IMG/VR virus record: IMGVR_UViG_3300027857_000012
Location: 32,001 to 96,000 of that record
Length of the DNA stretch: 64,000 nt
From: a virus
Reading direction: 5' to 3' (one strand)
Positions 9,768-21,037 of the stretch are shown one piece after another. The notes beneath the pieces were generated by a model. That model saw only the letters and a program-made list of their open reading frames with translations. It was not told the origin of the DNA and ran no database searches. Positions within the stretch are counted from its first letter, which is position 1; each line of letters begins with the position of its first letter. The position numbers and the translations under genes were made by a program.

Positions 9768-11369
9768 ATGCCAATCACTGCGACAGCGGCCAAGGGTGTT
9801 GTTGATATCATGCTCGAAGCAGCGAATGGTGAGCAGCTGCTTCTCGCAACAACACCAGTTATTGCAACACTGACCGGAATCACTGCTCCAACAGGCAGCA
9901 CCGGTATGCGATTGCATATTAAAATCACCAACTGGACAACAAGTGGAACAGTAACGATTACTGGCACAGGTATTCCTGGAAATACAGAAACATATAACAT
10001 CGCGAGCCCAACACCACAACAGACACAAAGCGCTCAGCTCGCTAGCAATGAATATGTTTCTGTGAATGGCTACTCAGCTATTACCAATATTACGACCACA
10101 GGACTAGCAAACGCATTGATCACCGTGTGGGGCATTTATGCTGGCAAATTCACAGCACCATCAATCATGACATCGAACCGCGTCATGAAAGTCTATAGTC
10201 CAAATGAACATAACGCATTCATTGAACGAGACAAAAAAATCCTTCACCTTGTCAACAATACGAGTGTTGACCTAAAACAAGATGTGTATGCAGACCTTAG
10301 TCTTTGGTGGCCATACATGATGATGGGTGCACCAACAATTACGACATACCCATCTTCACCAACATCACTCTTAGCAGTGACGCCTCTTACATCAACCATG
10401 TCGCTGACAACACAACCAACAGCACCTGGAATGAAACTTATCATTGTTGTCACGTCGTTTACAGTTGCTGGAACGTTATCAATTGCTGGAACATCATATG
10501 GTGTTGCGACAACAGAATCCATTTCAATTACTGGCGCTGGAACGTATTATTCAAGCAATGTCTACTCAGCAGTGAATGCATCTGGCATTACGAATGTAAC
10601 AACAGCGGCGTCAATTGCTATCACCGGCGTCTTTGGATGGGCGCTAACGTTTTTGTCCGGTGGCAACCTTTATTCTGCAGCAATCGAGTGGTTTGATGGT
10701 ACTGGATCATGGACACACCCGTTCAGTTTTGCCACTGAAGGTGATTTTGATATCAAAGTACTGACCGAAGCGACACTCACGCTCAAAGGGAAGGCACAAG
10801 ATAAGCTGCCGATTGGTGATCGCACAACGACACCACTTACTGGCGTGAATCGTATTGCAAGCATTGGAGCTAATCTCAACGATGAACCAATTGTCGGGTG
10901 GCAGAGCGTTGTTTACATTGATGCAATTACCGGCACCCCACTCACAACAGCATATACAAACTGTCAAGAATTGAAAGTTGCACTTAAAACACCGCAAGAA
11001 GATCATTGGACCTTCACGAACACGCAGAATTACAATCGTGCGTACGCAGTGAAACGAGAATGCACATGTGAAGCGATGATTGATTTTACTGATATGCTTC
11101 AGTGGGAACAATTTCGCCAGAACTTGAAACAGTACTTGGCATTTCAATTCATTGGACAGTATATCGGCACGACTGGCGGTTCAGCAATTTACAAAAGTTG
11201 GACCTGGACACTCCCAATTCGCAGTGATGGCCAATTTGATGTTACATCAGATCCATCAAAAGGACAAGTAAGTGGAAAAGTTGTTTGGCGCACAGAATAT
11301 GATTCTGGTATTGGTGGATCATATAAACTGGTCGTCGTGACACAAATTCCACCAACATATCCTGCCTAG
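9768..11369 (+). CDS. major tail (tube) protein with two inserted duplicated domains
   Basis: Lies before the chaperone and tape measure; duplicated GMxLxIxxTxxTxxGTxxIxGT...YSA module. Confidence 0.65.
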   Translation: MPITATAAKGVVDIMLEAANGEQLLLATTPVIATLTGITAPTGSTGMRLHIKITNWTTSGTVTITGTGIPGNTETYNIASPTPQQTQSAQLASNEYVSVNGYSAITNITTTGLANALITVWGIYAGKFTAPSIMTSNRVMKVYSPNEHNAFIERDKKILHLVNNTSVDLKQDVYADLSLWWPYMMMGAPTITTYPSSPTSLLAVTPLTSTMSLTTQPTAPGMKLIIVVTSFTVAGTLSIAGTSYGVATTESISITGAGTYYSSNVYSAVNASGITNVTTAASIAITGVFGWALTFLSGGNLYSAAIEWFDGTGSWTHPFSFATEGDFDIKVLTEATLTLKGKAQDKLPIGDRTTTPLTGVNRIASIGANLNDEPIVGWQSVVYIDAITGTPLTTAYTNCQELKVALKTPQEDHWTFTNTQNYNRAYAVKRECTCEAMIDFTDMLQWEQFRQNLKQYLAFQFIGQYIGTTGGSAIYKSWTWTLPIRSDGQFDVTSDPSKGQVSGKVVWRTEYDSGIGGSYKLVVVTQIPPTYPA

Positions 11370-11402
11370 TTGAAACGTATTCAATACAGAAAGAAACATA
11401 TC

Positions 11403-11855
11403 ATGGGTGCATTTGATGATGTCGCAAATATCCTTCTTCCAGATCCATCTGATCCTGATGCAGCAGTTGCATTTCGGAAAAAATGGGGATGGGATGCGCA
11501 TGAACAGGTTATTATCCGAGGAGCATTTACAGCTGGTGACCAAGAGGTTGTCACTAACGCATCGGTAAATACGACAAAAAAGGGCGAAACGATCTTTCAA
11601 GCTGGCACAGCGCGACTGAAACTCATGGATCGAATGATTCTTGATTGGACATTTGCTCGAAACGGAGTGAAGATTCCAAAAACGCTTGATGCAATTAAAC
11701 GATTGCCAGCGTCATACTCAACACCAATTTTGGAAATTTGTGATCAACTCTCAAGTTCAATGACAGAAACAGAGCAAGAAGATTTTTTCGACTCTGCGAA
11801 CGGGCATTCCTCGGATCCCTCAAAGGAGATGAGTCTGTTCCAGACGCAGTCTTAA
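11403..11855 (+). CDS. tail assembly chaperone (gpG-like)
   Basis: Between tail tube and tape measure; ILDWTF motif; T TTT TTC slippery site at 11783-11789. Confidence 0.75.
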   Translation: MGAFDDVANILLPDPSDPDAAVAFRKKWGWDAHEQVIIRGAFTAGDQEVVTNASVNTTKKGETIFQAGTARLKLMDRMILDWTFARNGVKIPKTLDAIKRLPASYSTPILEICDQLSSSMTETEQEDFFDSANGHSSDPSKEMSLFQTQS

Positions 11856-11998
11856 AAGCAGAACTCTACCCTCTTTTTGGAGGGTATTGGGAGTATCACT
11901 CTGCACCGATGCGTGAAATCGTTGAACAACGACTCGTGCTCGCTGCTCGAAAGTCAGCAGAAACGATTCTGAATGATCGAGCACGGAAAGAACTGTAA
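11783..11998 (+). CDS. -1 frameshift extension of tail chaperone (gpGT-like)
   Basis: The -1 frame reads FRLCERAFLGSLKGDESVPDAVLKAELYPLFGGYWEYHSAPM...RKEL* and its TAA overlaps the tape measure ATG. Confidence 0.8.
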   Translation, partial: FFRLCERAFLGSLKGDESVPDAVLKAELYPLFGGYWEYHSAPMREIVEQRLVLAARKSAETILNDRARKEL

Positions 11999-14900
11999 TG
12001 GCAGGTGGAGTTGCAGGATCTATTGCGCTTGATTTGATTATCTCAGCGCAGAATAATACGCAAGCTGTATTCATGGAAGTGGGAACAGCCATTGCGCAAT
12101 TAGCCAGCGGAAATGTTCTTGGAGCATTAACTGCTGGTCTTGCTGCTGTATCCACCGCATTTGTTGGCGCCGCCAAAGATGCTGGCGATTTTCAACAACA
12201 AATGGAACTCACAGTGACAGGCGCTGGTGCTGATCAACGACAACTTGCAGCAATGAGTGCAGCCGTCCTTCAGATGTCCGTCGATACAGGCACATCAGCG
12301 AAACAACTCGCTGAAGGCCTGTATATGATCAACGCTGCGGGGTATCAAGGCGCAGCAGGATTACAAGTACTCAAAGCGTCAGCTGAAGGAGCAAAAGCTG
12401 AAAATGCTGACCTTGGCATTGTCGCAAAAGATGTCACTGGTATTTTGCATGACTATCATCTCCCTGCCGAAGATGCAGTGGCAGCAACAAATGGACTTGT
12501 TGCTGCCGTGAGTGTTGGCAAGATGCACATGCAAGATTTTGCTCTCTCGATTGGAACTGTGCTTCCGAAAGCCGCAGAACTTGGTGTCAAATTCCCAGAA
12601 GTCGCTGCCGCTGTTGCGATGATGACCAATTCAAACACAACAGCTCGACAGGCAGCACAGAATCTTGCATTTGCGCTCAAATCGCTCGGTGCGCCGAGTG
12701 GCATTGCAATTAAAGCGATGGAGTCAATTGGTTTATCAGCGCAGCAAGTCAAAGATATGTTAGGAACACAAGGACTTGCTGCGACACTCCAAATGATTGA
12801 ACAACATATCGGCAAAACATTTCCAGCGAACAGTTATCAAGCAACAGAAGCATTGAAAGAAATTACAGGTGGCGCAGCGGGGTGGAATGTCGCGCTTGAA
12901 CTCGGTGGCTCGAACATGAAAGATTTTGAAAAACAAATAAAATTTGTCACTGATGCTATGATGAAGGGCGGAAATGCAGTCGAGAATTGGGATATCATTC
13001 AGGGCGAGTTTAATTTCAAAGTGTCACAAGCCCAAGATGCCCTTCAAGCCATGATGATCACTGTTGGAAATCAGTTGCTTCCTATACTTGGAAAAATGGT
13101 CGATTGGGTGACACAGGCTGTGATTCATTTTACAGCATGGGAAGCGCAAACGCACTTTGTCGAAAATGGCCTCAACGCCATCGTCACTGCAATTACGTGG
13201 CTTACAAATGGTATCGGCACAGTCATTGATGTCATTACACAACTCTGGACGTTGATTCAACCAGCATTTGACGGTATGACCAAATCGGCCTGGACGTGGG
13301 GCCATAACATGATGGTTGGGTTTGGCAATGGCATTGTTTCAGTGATCAATGATATCATCGCTATCGTTCAAAATGTTGCACAAGAAATTGCGAATTATCT
13401 CGGATTTGCATCGCCTGCAAAGAAAGGTCCAGGCGCAGAACTTGCCAGTTGGGGCCCAGGTCTCGTTGGAGGATTTGTTGAGGGCGTTGCGAATAGTCTT
13501 CCACTTGTTGCAAATGCTGTCGCGCAAATTGCAGGACAGTTTAGCGCACTTGGATCAATCTCAACACTCCCAACTGGGACACCACAAGTCTCAACAATGA
13601 TCGATCAACTCACTGGTGACACTCGAAAAACGACCGTCACACCCAATATGACAAGATTGTCAACAGTTATGTCATCAACAGCCGCCGCTGGATCAACAAT
13701 GACGAGCAGTATTTCAAATGGTGTTGCTGGAGGTGCTGGAAAAGTAGCGACAGCAACAACAGCACTTAGCAAATCATTGACTGATATTTGTCCAAAAGCA
13801 ACATCGGCGAGTAAATGTGCAGCTGATGCAATGACGAGTGGCCTTGCTTCAAAAATCAAATCACAATCACCAGCAGCGCAAGCGGCAGCAGCGGCGCACG
13901 CAACTGCAGTTGCAGCAGCGGCAGCAAAATCACAAGATAGTGCCAATGCACGTGCTGCGCAATTAAATGCTGATTGGCAAAAAGCGATTTCAGAATCATC
14001 AACACAAGCCGTACAAGACCTCGTCAACAAAAGTCGTGCTGAATTTGCCAAAGGCAACATTGCCATGGCACAATTCTATGCTCGACAAGCACTCCAACTT
14101 GCAGCAGCACAACACGCTGAAGCGGTTAAAGCGGCTGCGGCGGCTGCAAAAGCTGGACCAGCACCCGTTGCCGGAGTAATGGGTGCGCCTGGACAGTATC
14201 CAGGCGCTGACGCACTTGCGCAAAATCCAGCACTTGCCGCTATTAATGATGCAAAAAAAGCTGTGACACAACTCAATCCAATCACGAGCCAAATTAAAAA
14301 TATTTGGGGTGATGTCCTAAAATTTTTCCAGCAAGTTGGCGTAGGAATGAGCAAAGTTGGAGCACAGATTCAAGCCGCATTTAAAGCAATGCTCCCTGGA
14401 CTCCAAGATATTTGGCGTGTCGTTCAAACACAACTTGTCCCGGCATTGAAAGAATTATGGACAGCAATTCAACCTGGTGTTGCACTTATAGGACAAATTG
14501 CAGGAGGGCTTGTCGTAGGGGGTGTCGCATTTGCGAAATGGGCAACATCGGCCAGTACACTCAAACCAATTTGGGATTTTTTGGTCGTCACAACCAAAAT
14601 CATTATTTCAATTCTTGCAACTTTGATTAGCACTATTGCTGACGCGCTTGCACCCGTGTTCAAACAGCTCTCAGATACGTTTAAAACACAATTGAAACCG
14701 GCGTGGGATGACATGATCAAGTCAATTCAACCCACGATCCCATTCTGGACAATGTTAGCACATGCTATTGGTGGATTGCTTGTGATCGCGATTGGCGTAC
14801 TCATAGCACTCATAGGTGGTCTCATTAAAGGACTCGGTGGTCTCCTTGCAGGCATTATTCAAGCCATTGGTGGAATTGTGCAAATTGTGAGCGGATTCAT

Positions 14901-16665
14901 TCAAATCATTAGCGGCATCATTGCGATGATTTATGACATTTTTACGGGCAATTGGAAACAACTTCAAAAAGATAATGACACAGTGTGGAATGGCATCATG
15001 ACCGTCATTAAAGGCATCTGGAATGTCATTGTTGGTATTCTCAAAGGAGCATGGGATCTCGTCATCGGAACAGCGTGGGGTTTCATTCAAACTATTATTA
15101 AGTTTTTCCAAAATCTGTCCGATACACTTGTTGGCCATTCAATTGTGCCAGAAATGATTTCAAAACTGATTGCTGTATTCAAAAATCTGTGGGATTCTAT
15201 CGTCTATATTATTGGACAAATTGTGAAATGGGTTGTCGATCAATTCATGTCATTCAGAGATAAAACGATTGCATATTGGAACGCTGTTCAAGCAGGCATT
15301 ACGCTTGTTCTCAAAATGATTCAAAGTATCATTCAAACAGATATTAATTTCATCCTCTCATGGCTTCAAAAACAGTGGACAGCGTTTCAAGCAGGTGTTC
15401 AAACGGCCTGGAATGCTGTCCAAACAATTATTCAAAAAGCTGGAGCTGCTATTTCCTCATGGTTGGGTACATGGATTGCTGGTATGATTGCAAGTGCGAT
15501 TCAATGGGGCACGAATCTCATGAAATCATTTGCGGATGCAATCACAAAAGGAATTGCCAATGTCACAACTGCTGTCACCGGTGTCGCAAACAAAATTAAA
15601 TCCTTCTTGGGTATAGCATCTCCAGCGCAAACAGGACCACTCTCCACATCTGATCAGTGGATGCCGAATTTTATGACAATGCTCGCAAATGGCATCAAGA
15701 TCAATACACCAAAAGTCACATTTGCAATCAATGGTGTCGCCAATCAATTCACACTCCTTACAACAAATGTCAATACATCTGTGAATAACATCAACGCAAA
15801 GATAGGAACGCTTGGCAATAATTTTGGAACAGTCAGTAACACGATTACATCACATATGACACTTCTTGATTCACAGGTCAATCTCTCTGCGAACAATATC
15901 AATCAATCAATGAACGGGATCGGCACGAATGTCATTCGTCTCGGAAAAACTGTTGGTGATGGATATGGATATATTGGGTGGATCGCAACTGTCACAAGTA
16001 CATCCGTCGGACAAACAAATATTGGATTTGCAAAACAACTCAAACACACTACAGATGATGTGATCACGACACAACAAGACTTAGTGACACAAATGCAAGA
16101 TGGATGGAACCAAATGAACGATGGCGGGAAAGCGTGGAATGATCAAATGAATCAATGGTGGGCTGGCGTGGAGAAAACACTCAACGAAAAAACAAAAGGG
16201 ATTCATGACGCGCTGTTCAAATTGGGGGATGATATTAAAACCATGTGGGGCAATCTTGGAACATGGTTGACAGATGCAGGAAGAAATTTCACAAACTGGA
16301 TGCAGGGCATGGTCCAGCAAGCGCAAACAGCGAGTCAACAGGTTGCAATGGCTGTGTCATCTGTGCTCGGCCATAGTAAGCCAAAAATTGGTCCATTGAA
16401 AGATGATGATCTTTGGGGCAAACACATGATGGATAACATTATCTCTGGTATGAAATCACGAATTCCGGAGTTGACATCTGTTGCGAATCAGGCTGCTGGC
16501 ATCGTCTCTGATCGATTTTCTCCATCATTTGCACTCTCAACGGGCTCAACACCAACGAGGCCGATGACGATTTATATGACCATTGATGGTAAAACAGTCG
16601 GAAAAGTCGTCACGAAATATCAAGAAGGTGAACTTCGAGTTCAGGGTGTCATTCGAAGTACCTAG
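11998..16665 (+). CDS. tape measure protein (TP901-like core)
   Basis: 1555 aa, Ala-rich helical with Trp/Phe periodicity; TP901-type N-terminal core. Confidence 0.9.
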   Translation: MAGGVAGSIALDLIISAQNNTQAVFMEVGTAIAQLASGNVLGALTAGLAAVSTAFVGAAKDAGDFQQQMELTVTGAGADQRQLAAMSAAVLQMSVDTGTSAKQLAEGLYMINAAGYQGAAGLQVLKASAEGAKAENADLGIVAKDVTGILHDYHLPAEDAVAATNGLVAAVSVGKMHMQDFALSIGTVLPKAAELGVKFPEVAAAVAMMTNSNTTARQAAQNLAFALKSLGAPSGIAIKAMESIGLSAQQVKDMLGTQGLAATLQMIEQHIGKTFPANSYQATEALKEITGGAAGWNVALELGGSNMKDFEKQIKFVTDAMMKGGNAVENWDIIQGEFNFKVSQAQDALQAMMITVGNQLLPILGKMVDWVTQAVIHFTAWEAQTHFVENGLNAIVTAITWLTNGIGTVIDVITQLWTLIQPAFDGMTKSAWTWGHNMMVGFGNGIVSVINDIIAIVQNVAQEIANYLGFASPAKKGPGAELASWGPGLVGGFVEGVANSLPLVANAVAQIAGQFSALGSISTLPTGTPQVSTMIDQLTGDTRKTTVTPNMTRLSTVMSSTAAAGSTMTSSISNGVAGGAGKVATATTALSKSLTDICPKATSASKCAADAMTSGLASKIKSQSPAAQAAAAAHATAVAAAAAKSQDSANARAAQLNADWQKAISESSTQAVQDLVNKSRAEFAKGNIAMAQFYARQALQLAAAQHAEAVKAAAAAAKAGPAPVAGVMGAPGQYPGADALAQNPALAAINDAKKAVTQLNPITSQIKNIWGDVLKFFQQVGVGMSKVGAQIQAAFKAMLPGLQDIWRVVQTQLVPALKELWTAIQPGVALIGQIAGGLVVGGVAFAKWATSASTLKPIWDFLVVTTKIIISILATLISTIADALAPVFKQLSDTFKTQLKPAWDDMIKSIQPTIPFWTMLAHAIGGLLVIAIGVLIALIGGLIKGLGGLLAGIIQAIGGIVQIVSGFIQIISGIIAMIYDIFTGNWKQLQKDNDTVWNGIMTVIKGIWNVIVGILKGAWDLVIGTAWGFIQTIIKFFQNLSDTLVGHSIVPEMISKLIAVFKNLWDSIVYIIGQIVKWVVDQFMSFRDKTIAYWNAVQAGITLVLKMIQSIIQTDINFILSWLQKQWTAFQAGVQTAWNAVQTIIQKAGAAISSWLGTWIAGMIASAIQWGTNLMKSFADAITKGIANVTTAVTGVANKIKSFLGIASPAQTGPLSTSDQWMPNFMTMLANGIKINTPKVTFAINGVANQFTLLTTNVNTSVNNINAKIGTLGNNFGTVSNTITSHMTLLDSQVNLSANNINQSMNGIGTNVIRLGKTVGDGYGYIGWIATVTSTSVGQTNIGFAKQLKHTTDDVITTQQDLVTQMQDGWNQMNDGGKAWNDQMNQWWAGVEKTLNEKTKGIHDALFKLGDDIKTMWGNLGTWLTDAGRNFTNWMQGMVQQAQTASQQVAMAVSSVLGHSKPKIGPLKDDDLWGKHMMDNIISGMKSRIPELTSVANQAAGIVSDRFSPSFALSTGSTPTRPMTIYMTIDGKTVGKVVTKYQEGELRVQGVIRST

Positions 16666-16677
16666 AAAGGAGGAACA

Positions 16678-19600
16678 ATGTCAGCGATTTGCACCATTGG
16701 TGGTGTCGTGTACACGATGATCGAGGATCAACATGATCTCACAAACTCTGTCAATGAACGACAGAGATTTAAGTGTGACATTATTGATTATACAGGCCTT
16801 GCGCATTTTGTCAAAGGTGAACAGATTACGATTACTGATCCTGGCCTTGGTATGGTGTTCAATGGCTTCATTAACTCTGATAAAGAAACGCCACAATATC
16901 CGAGCGGCGCGATTTTGCATGAAATCGATTGTATTGATCAACATTATTTAGCAGACAAACGCACCTATACGCAAACATACGAAACGCCGACACTTGCTGG
17001 AAAAATTGCCGTCGATATGCTCAGCAATGTCTTGCTTGCAGAAGGCATCACACAAAACTTTGCTGTGCAAGATGCTACGACGATGACTGATTGGAATACT
17101 GGGACAAATACTGGCACGATGGGGGCACTCAATGTTGGTGATGGCAATCTTGAACTGCTCACTGCTGGATCGACTGTCACGATCGTTGAAGGAACAACAG
17201 CCCAATTTGCGACAGGCACATTGACCAATATGCAAGCAACAGCAAATCTGCTTGTGCCAACAACAACAAATGCACTTCGACTACAATCAACACTTTCATT
17301 TGCGTATGGCATTGAGTTTGCACAAAGTCTTATTGGTGTCACCGGAACAGCCTCTGGAAATGTGAGTGGGACAGCTTCTGGCACTGTGAGTGGTAATCCT
17401 TCAGGTACAGCCAGCGGATCAATTAGTGTCAGTGGAGGATTGACTCCGTCTGGGACTGTGAGTATTTCCGGAGGTGCACCTGGCGAGTCTGCGTCATTTA
17501 GTGGCTTCTTCGCTGGCATTACATCGACAGGATCAGCATTTCTCTCGACAAGTGAATCATTCAGCACATCGGCAAATTTGGGATTTTCAACATCAGCAAC
17601 ATTTCCAATGACGACAAGTGTCACTGGGCAACCATACCAACCAAAAACAAAAAGTAAAGCAAAAATTGTTGATACCCATTATCATGTTGTCACTGTCGAT
17701 AAAGCTGTTGCTGATAACCGAACCGATGCTATTATTTGGACAGGCAGTCAAGTCATTGGGAGTAACGACACGTTATTTTATGATATTTGGATTGCGTCCA
17801 CCTCGCCGTCAGAAGAAGGCGGTGTCGATCTCTATTTTAGTGATGGAACTACGCTCACTCAATACCTTGGCACACTCCAAAACAATTTTGATGTAGGCGT
17901 GTGGGATCAAAATCTCCTCTCTGTATCACCAATCCAAGATCTCTCAAATGATGCAAAAGATGCATGGTATACACGCCAAATTAATTTGAGCGCTTTATCT
18001 GGCAAAACAGTCACAAGTGTTTCGGTCTTCAATGCAGCCAATATTGCTGGCACATTTGATATTTATGTAAAAAATTGCTACTTAGGAAGTCATTCCGGAT
18101 CACCATTTTTTGGTCCGTCACAAACAGCACCAACACTCAATCCGCCAGTCACAACATCCATTGGAGCCTATATCGTTGCTGCGACGATTGTCACTGTTGT
18201 CGCTGTCTATAATCCGACAATCAGCTCTCGCGTCTCACCCGCGTACAACATCGATCCTGTGAAATTGGTTAAAAATTCGAATATCACGTGGATTTCGTCA
18301 TTGCCAGCAGCTGGGCCTGCATTCGTAACGGGATCTCAAGGATTTCCAACAGTACCTGGCATCTCAAATGTTTTTGTGAGTTACGATGCCACCACATGGC
18401 TTCCTTGTGTCAATAATCAAGCACTTCCTGGCCTCCCCACAGGTGCAAATGTTGCTGGCATGTCACTCTATTTACTTGAAACATTTTCTGGCGGACAAGA
18501 TCCGAGCGCACTTCCAGCGCTCGTCAATGTGACTATTACCATTAATTCAGCGCCAAAAGCGACAACAACAGATATCACAAGCGTGTATGGAACAACATCA
18601 GCATGGAATACGGGTGTTGAATTTGGTGCAGCGCCCAATAGTAATGGTGATCTTGCGCTTGGTATGACATCCTATAATTGGCCGAACTTGACAGGTATGT
18701 CCTTCACACCAGGTAGTGATGTTTCTGGGCACAATCCGACACAAGGAACATCTGGTGGTGTCTATACTGTGTCATCTCCTGGGTATTCTGGTGGTGCATC
18801 GTGGTCCACGTCAAGGTTCAACTTTATTGCGGCAGTACAAGATTTTACCGCTGAAGCTGATTTCGCACTCAATTCTTCAAGTGAAATTCAAAATGAAGTT
18901 GGCTTTCTCTATCGACAAACATACTGGGGATCTCCCAATAACAGTTTCGCATATTACATTCGTGTGATGCGAAACCCAGGAGGAGGTGCAGGTGGTACTG
19001 GCGTCACATTTGGCTATGGCACAAATAACCCTCCATCAAATCCTGGTGGCGGCCCTTCATCTGGCCCATTTACACCTGTAGTTGTGACAAATCAAACAAT
19101 TAACAATGGCACAACATATCACATTAAACTTGTCGTAGGGCAAAATAGACACACTGTGTACTGGAATCATGGATCTTCACCTATTATCGACGTACTCGAT
19201 AACACGTATACAGCACCTGGAAATATTGGTCTCAGGACGTATCACTACAGTACTAATTCTGGTTCTGGGAAAATCTCGAATTTCACTGTGACAAATACAT
19301 TTGCTGGCGTGTGGACATCACCATCCATTAATCTTAATAGCCTCGGGACATGCGGTGCAACCCAGGTTTCATGGTCAGAAGTGAACCTCGTTGGGACACA
19401 GCAAGCTACAGCGATTGCGATGGCGTCACTCGACGGTGGATCAACATGGCAACAGTGTACAAATGGATCTGTCGTTCCAGCAGCGATTATTCCTGGTCTT
19501 CAAGTTGGCACAAACGTTGTCGGCAAATCACTCAAAATTCAATTGATTCTTGCGGCGACATCGCTGTTGACAAGTCCGATCATTCAAGGCCTCTATGTTC

Positions 19601-20157
19601 GTGTCTGTGGTGCGTATCCTGGTGCATCAGGTAATCGAAGCACAGCGCCGCTCGGGAATGATCTCATGATTCGAGCAAATCAATCAGGATGGGGCACTGC
19701 CTTCGATGGACAAACATGGGTCAAGGTGGGCACTGGTACTGATGCGATCGTAAGTAATGAAGGCTCGATCGCTAATACAACAGGTGATGTGCATGAAGTG
19801 CTTGGTAGTCGCACATGGACTGATCTTGATGGCACGGTTCGTTTTCAACTTTCAGCGGCAACGATCTCAGCTGGCATCGAGTTGCGCTACACTGATGCGA
19901 ACAACTTTTATCGATTACAGGTTTCAACGACAACTGTAACCATTCTCAAGAAAGAAGTCGGTGTCACAACAACACTCGCCACTGTTCCAATCACTGTCAC
20001 AACGGGTGTGTGGTGGCGTATGCGGTTTCGCGTTTTTGGAACAGCGCAACCAATTTTACAAGGCAATGTGTGGCTTGATGGCACACTTGAACCAACAATT
20101 CATCCGACAACTGGGTTTTGGGATAACACACTCTGGACAATTGTCACGGCTGACTAA
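16678..20157 (+). CDS. tail tip/hub protein, N-terminal part, with lectin-like domains
   Basis: Hub-like N-terminus (HEIDCIDQHYLADKR...LLAEGIT) followed by beta-sandwich domains. Confidence 0.65.
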   Translation: MSAICTIGGVVYTMIEDQHDLTNSVNERQRFKCDIIDYTGLAHFVKGEQITITDPGLGMVFNGFINSDKETPQYPSGAILHEIDCIDQHYLADKRTYTQTYETPTLAGKIAVDMLSNVLLAEGITQNFAVQDATTMTDWNTGTNTGTMGALNVGDGNLELLTAGSTVTIVEGTTAQFATGTLTNMQATANLLVPTTTNALRLQSTLSFAYGIEFAQSLIGVTGTASGNVSGTASGTVSGNPSGTASGSISVSGGLTPSGTVSISGGAPGESASFSGFFAGITSTGSAFLSTSESFSTSANLGFSTSATFPMTTSVTGQPYQPKTKSKAKIVDTHYHVVTVDKAVADNRTDAIIWTGSQVIGSNDTLFYDIWIASTSPSEEGGVDLYFSDGTTLTQYLGTLQNNFDVGVWDQNLLSVSPIQDLSNDAKDAWYTRQINLSALSGKTVTSVSVFNAANIAGTFDIYVKNCYLGSHSGSPFFGPSQTAPTLNPPVTTSIGAYIVAATIVTVVAVYNPTISSRVSPAYNIDPVKLVKNSNITWISSLPAAGPAFVTGSQGFPTVPGISNVFVSYDATTWLPCVNNQALPGLPTGANVAGMSLYLLETFSGGQDPSALPALVNVTITINSAPKATTTDITSVYGTTSAWNTGVEFGAAPNSNGDLALGMTSYNWPNLTGMSFTPGSDVSGHNPTQGTSGGVYTVSSPGYSGGASWSTSRFNFIAAVQDFTAEADFALNSSSEIQNEVGFLYRQTYWGSPNNSFAYYIRVMRNPGGGAGGTGVTFGYGTNNPPSNPGGGPSSGPFTPVVVTNQTINNGTTYHIKLVVGQNRHTVYWNHGSSPIIDVLDNTYTAPGNIGLRTYHYSTNSGSGKISNFTVTNTFAGVWTSPSINLNSLGTCGATQVSWSEVNLVGTQQATAIAMASLDGGSTWQQCTNGSVVPAAIIPGLQVGTNVVGKSLKIQLILAATSLLTSPIIQGLYVRVCGAYPGASGNRSTAPLGNDLMIRANQSGWGTAFDGQTWVKVGTGTDAIVSNEGSIANTTGDVHEVLGSRTWTDLDGTVRFQLSAATISAGIELRYTDANNFYRLQVSTTTVTILKKEVGVTTTLATVPITVTTGVWWRMRFRVFGTAQPILQGNVWLDGTLEPTIHPTTGFWDNTLWTIVTAD

Positions 20158-20267
20158 CAAAAACAAACAATGTGTTGTTAAGAATTAGCAACTTTTTCAG
20201 TAATAATTGACAAAATTTTCTGCAAGATTTGCTAATCATCAACAATGATTTTAACAAGGAGATAGAA

Positions 20268-21026
20268 ATGGCTGACTACACGACTATTAATATGCAATAC
20301 AATACCGGAACAGATGCCTCGCCAACATGGACTGGAACTGCGATTGCACTTAGTGGTAGCGCAGGCGCAAACGAACTCCGTATGGCGATTACAGGTGGAG
20401 GAACATCCATTGCATCTGCGTCATGGCCGTTTATGGCCAAACCAGTATCAGGCACGACCGCGGTCACATCACTCTATGCATATACAGCAGACACAACGGG
20501 GTCGCAGGTTGCAACCTATACTGGCGACAATACGAAAGCGAGAGTGCTCCGCTGGAACTTCGACAATACTGGAAACCCAGTGACAGTCATGCAGGTCGGG
20601 TTTTTCGCGAATAACACACACACCGCGCCAAGCGCAGGGACACAACCTCCTGGCACAAACAATGATGCATTTACGAATGGTCAGTCGAGTGACACATCAA
20701 GTACGAGTTATATCAAATTCAATTTGTATGGTTCTGGACTGACTGCTGGTGGGTCACAAGAAACGCCTGCAGCTGGCACTGTTGGGACCGCTCCAACAGC
20801 CACAACAGGCACAGCTGGAAGCGTCACAACAACAGCTGGCAACTGGTTAAACGCTAATGCTGCATGGCAATCAGGGCAGGGGTTCACACAATATATCACA
20901 GGAGTTGCGATTCCACAAACGGCCACGGCATTCAACTGGTATATGACATGGGTCATTTTTATTGGTGCGAATATCACGGCTGGGACATGGACACCCGTAT
21001 GCACACTCCAATATTCATATTCATAG
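20268..21026 (+). CDS. G/T-rich virion protein
   Basis: aaggag RBS; ends LQYSYS. Confidence 0.65.
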   Translation: MADYTTINMQYNTGTDASPTWTGTAIALSGSAGANELRMAITGGGTSIASASWPFMAKPVSGTTAVTSLYAYTADTTGSQVATYTGDNTKARVLRWNFDNTGNPVTVMQVGFFANNTHTAPSAGTQPPGTNNDAFTNGQSSDTSSTSYIKFNLYGSGLTAGGSQETPAAGTVGTAPTATTGTAGSVTTTAGNWLNANAAWQSGQGFTQYITGVAIPQTATAFNWYMTWVIFIGANITAGTWTPVCTLQYSYS

Positions 21027-21037
21027 AATGAGGCACT

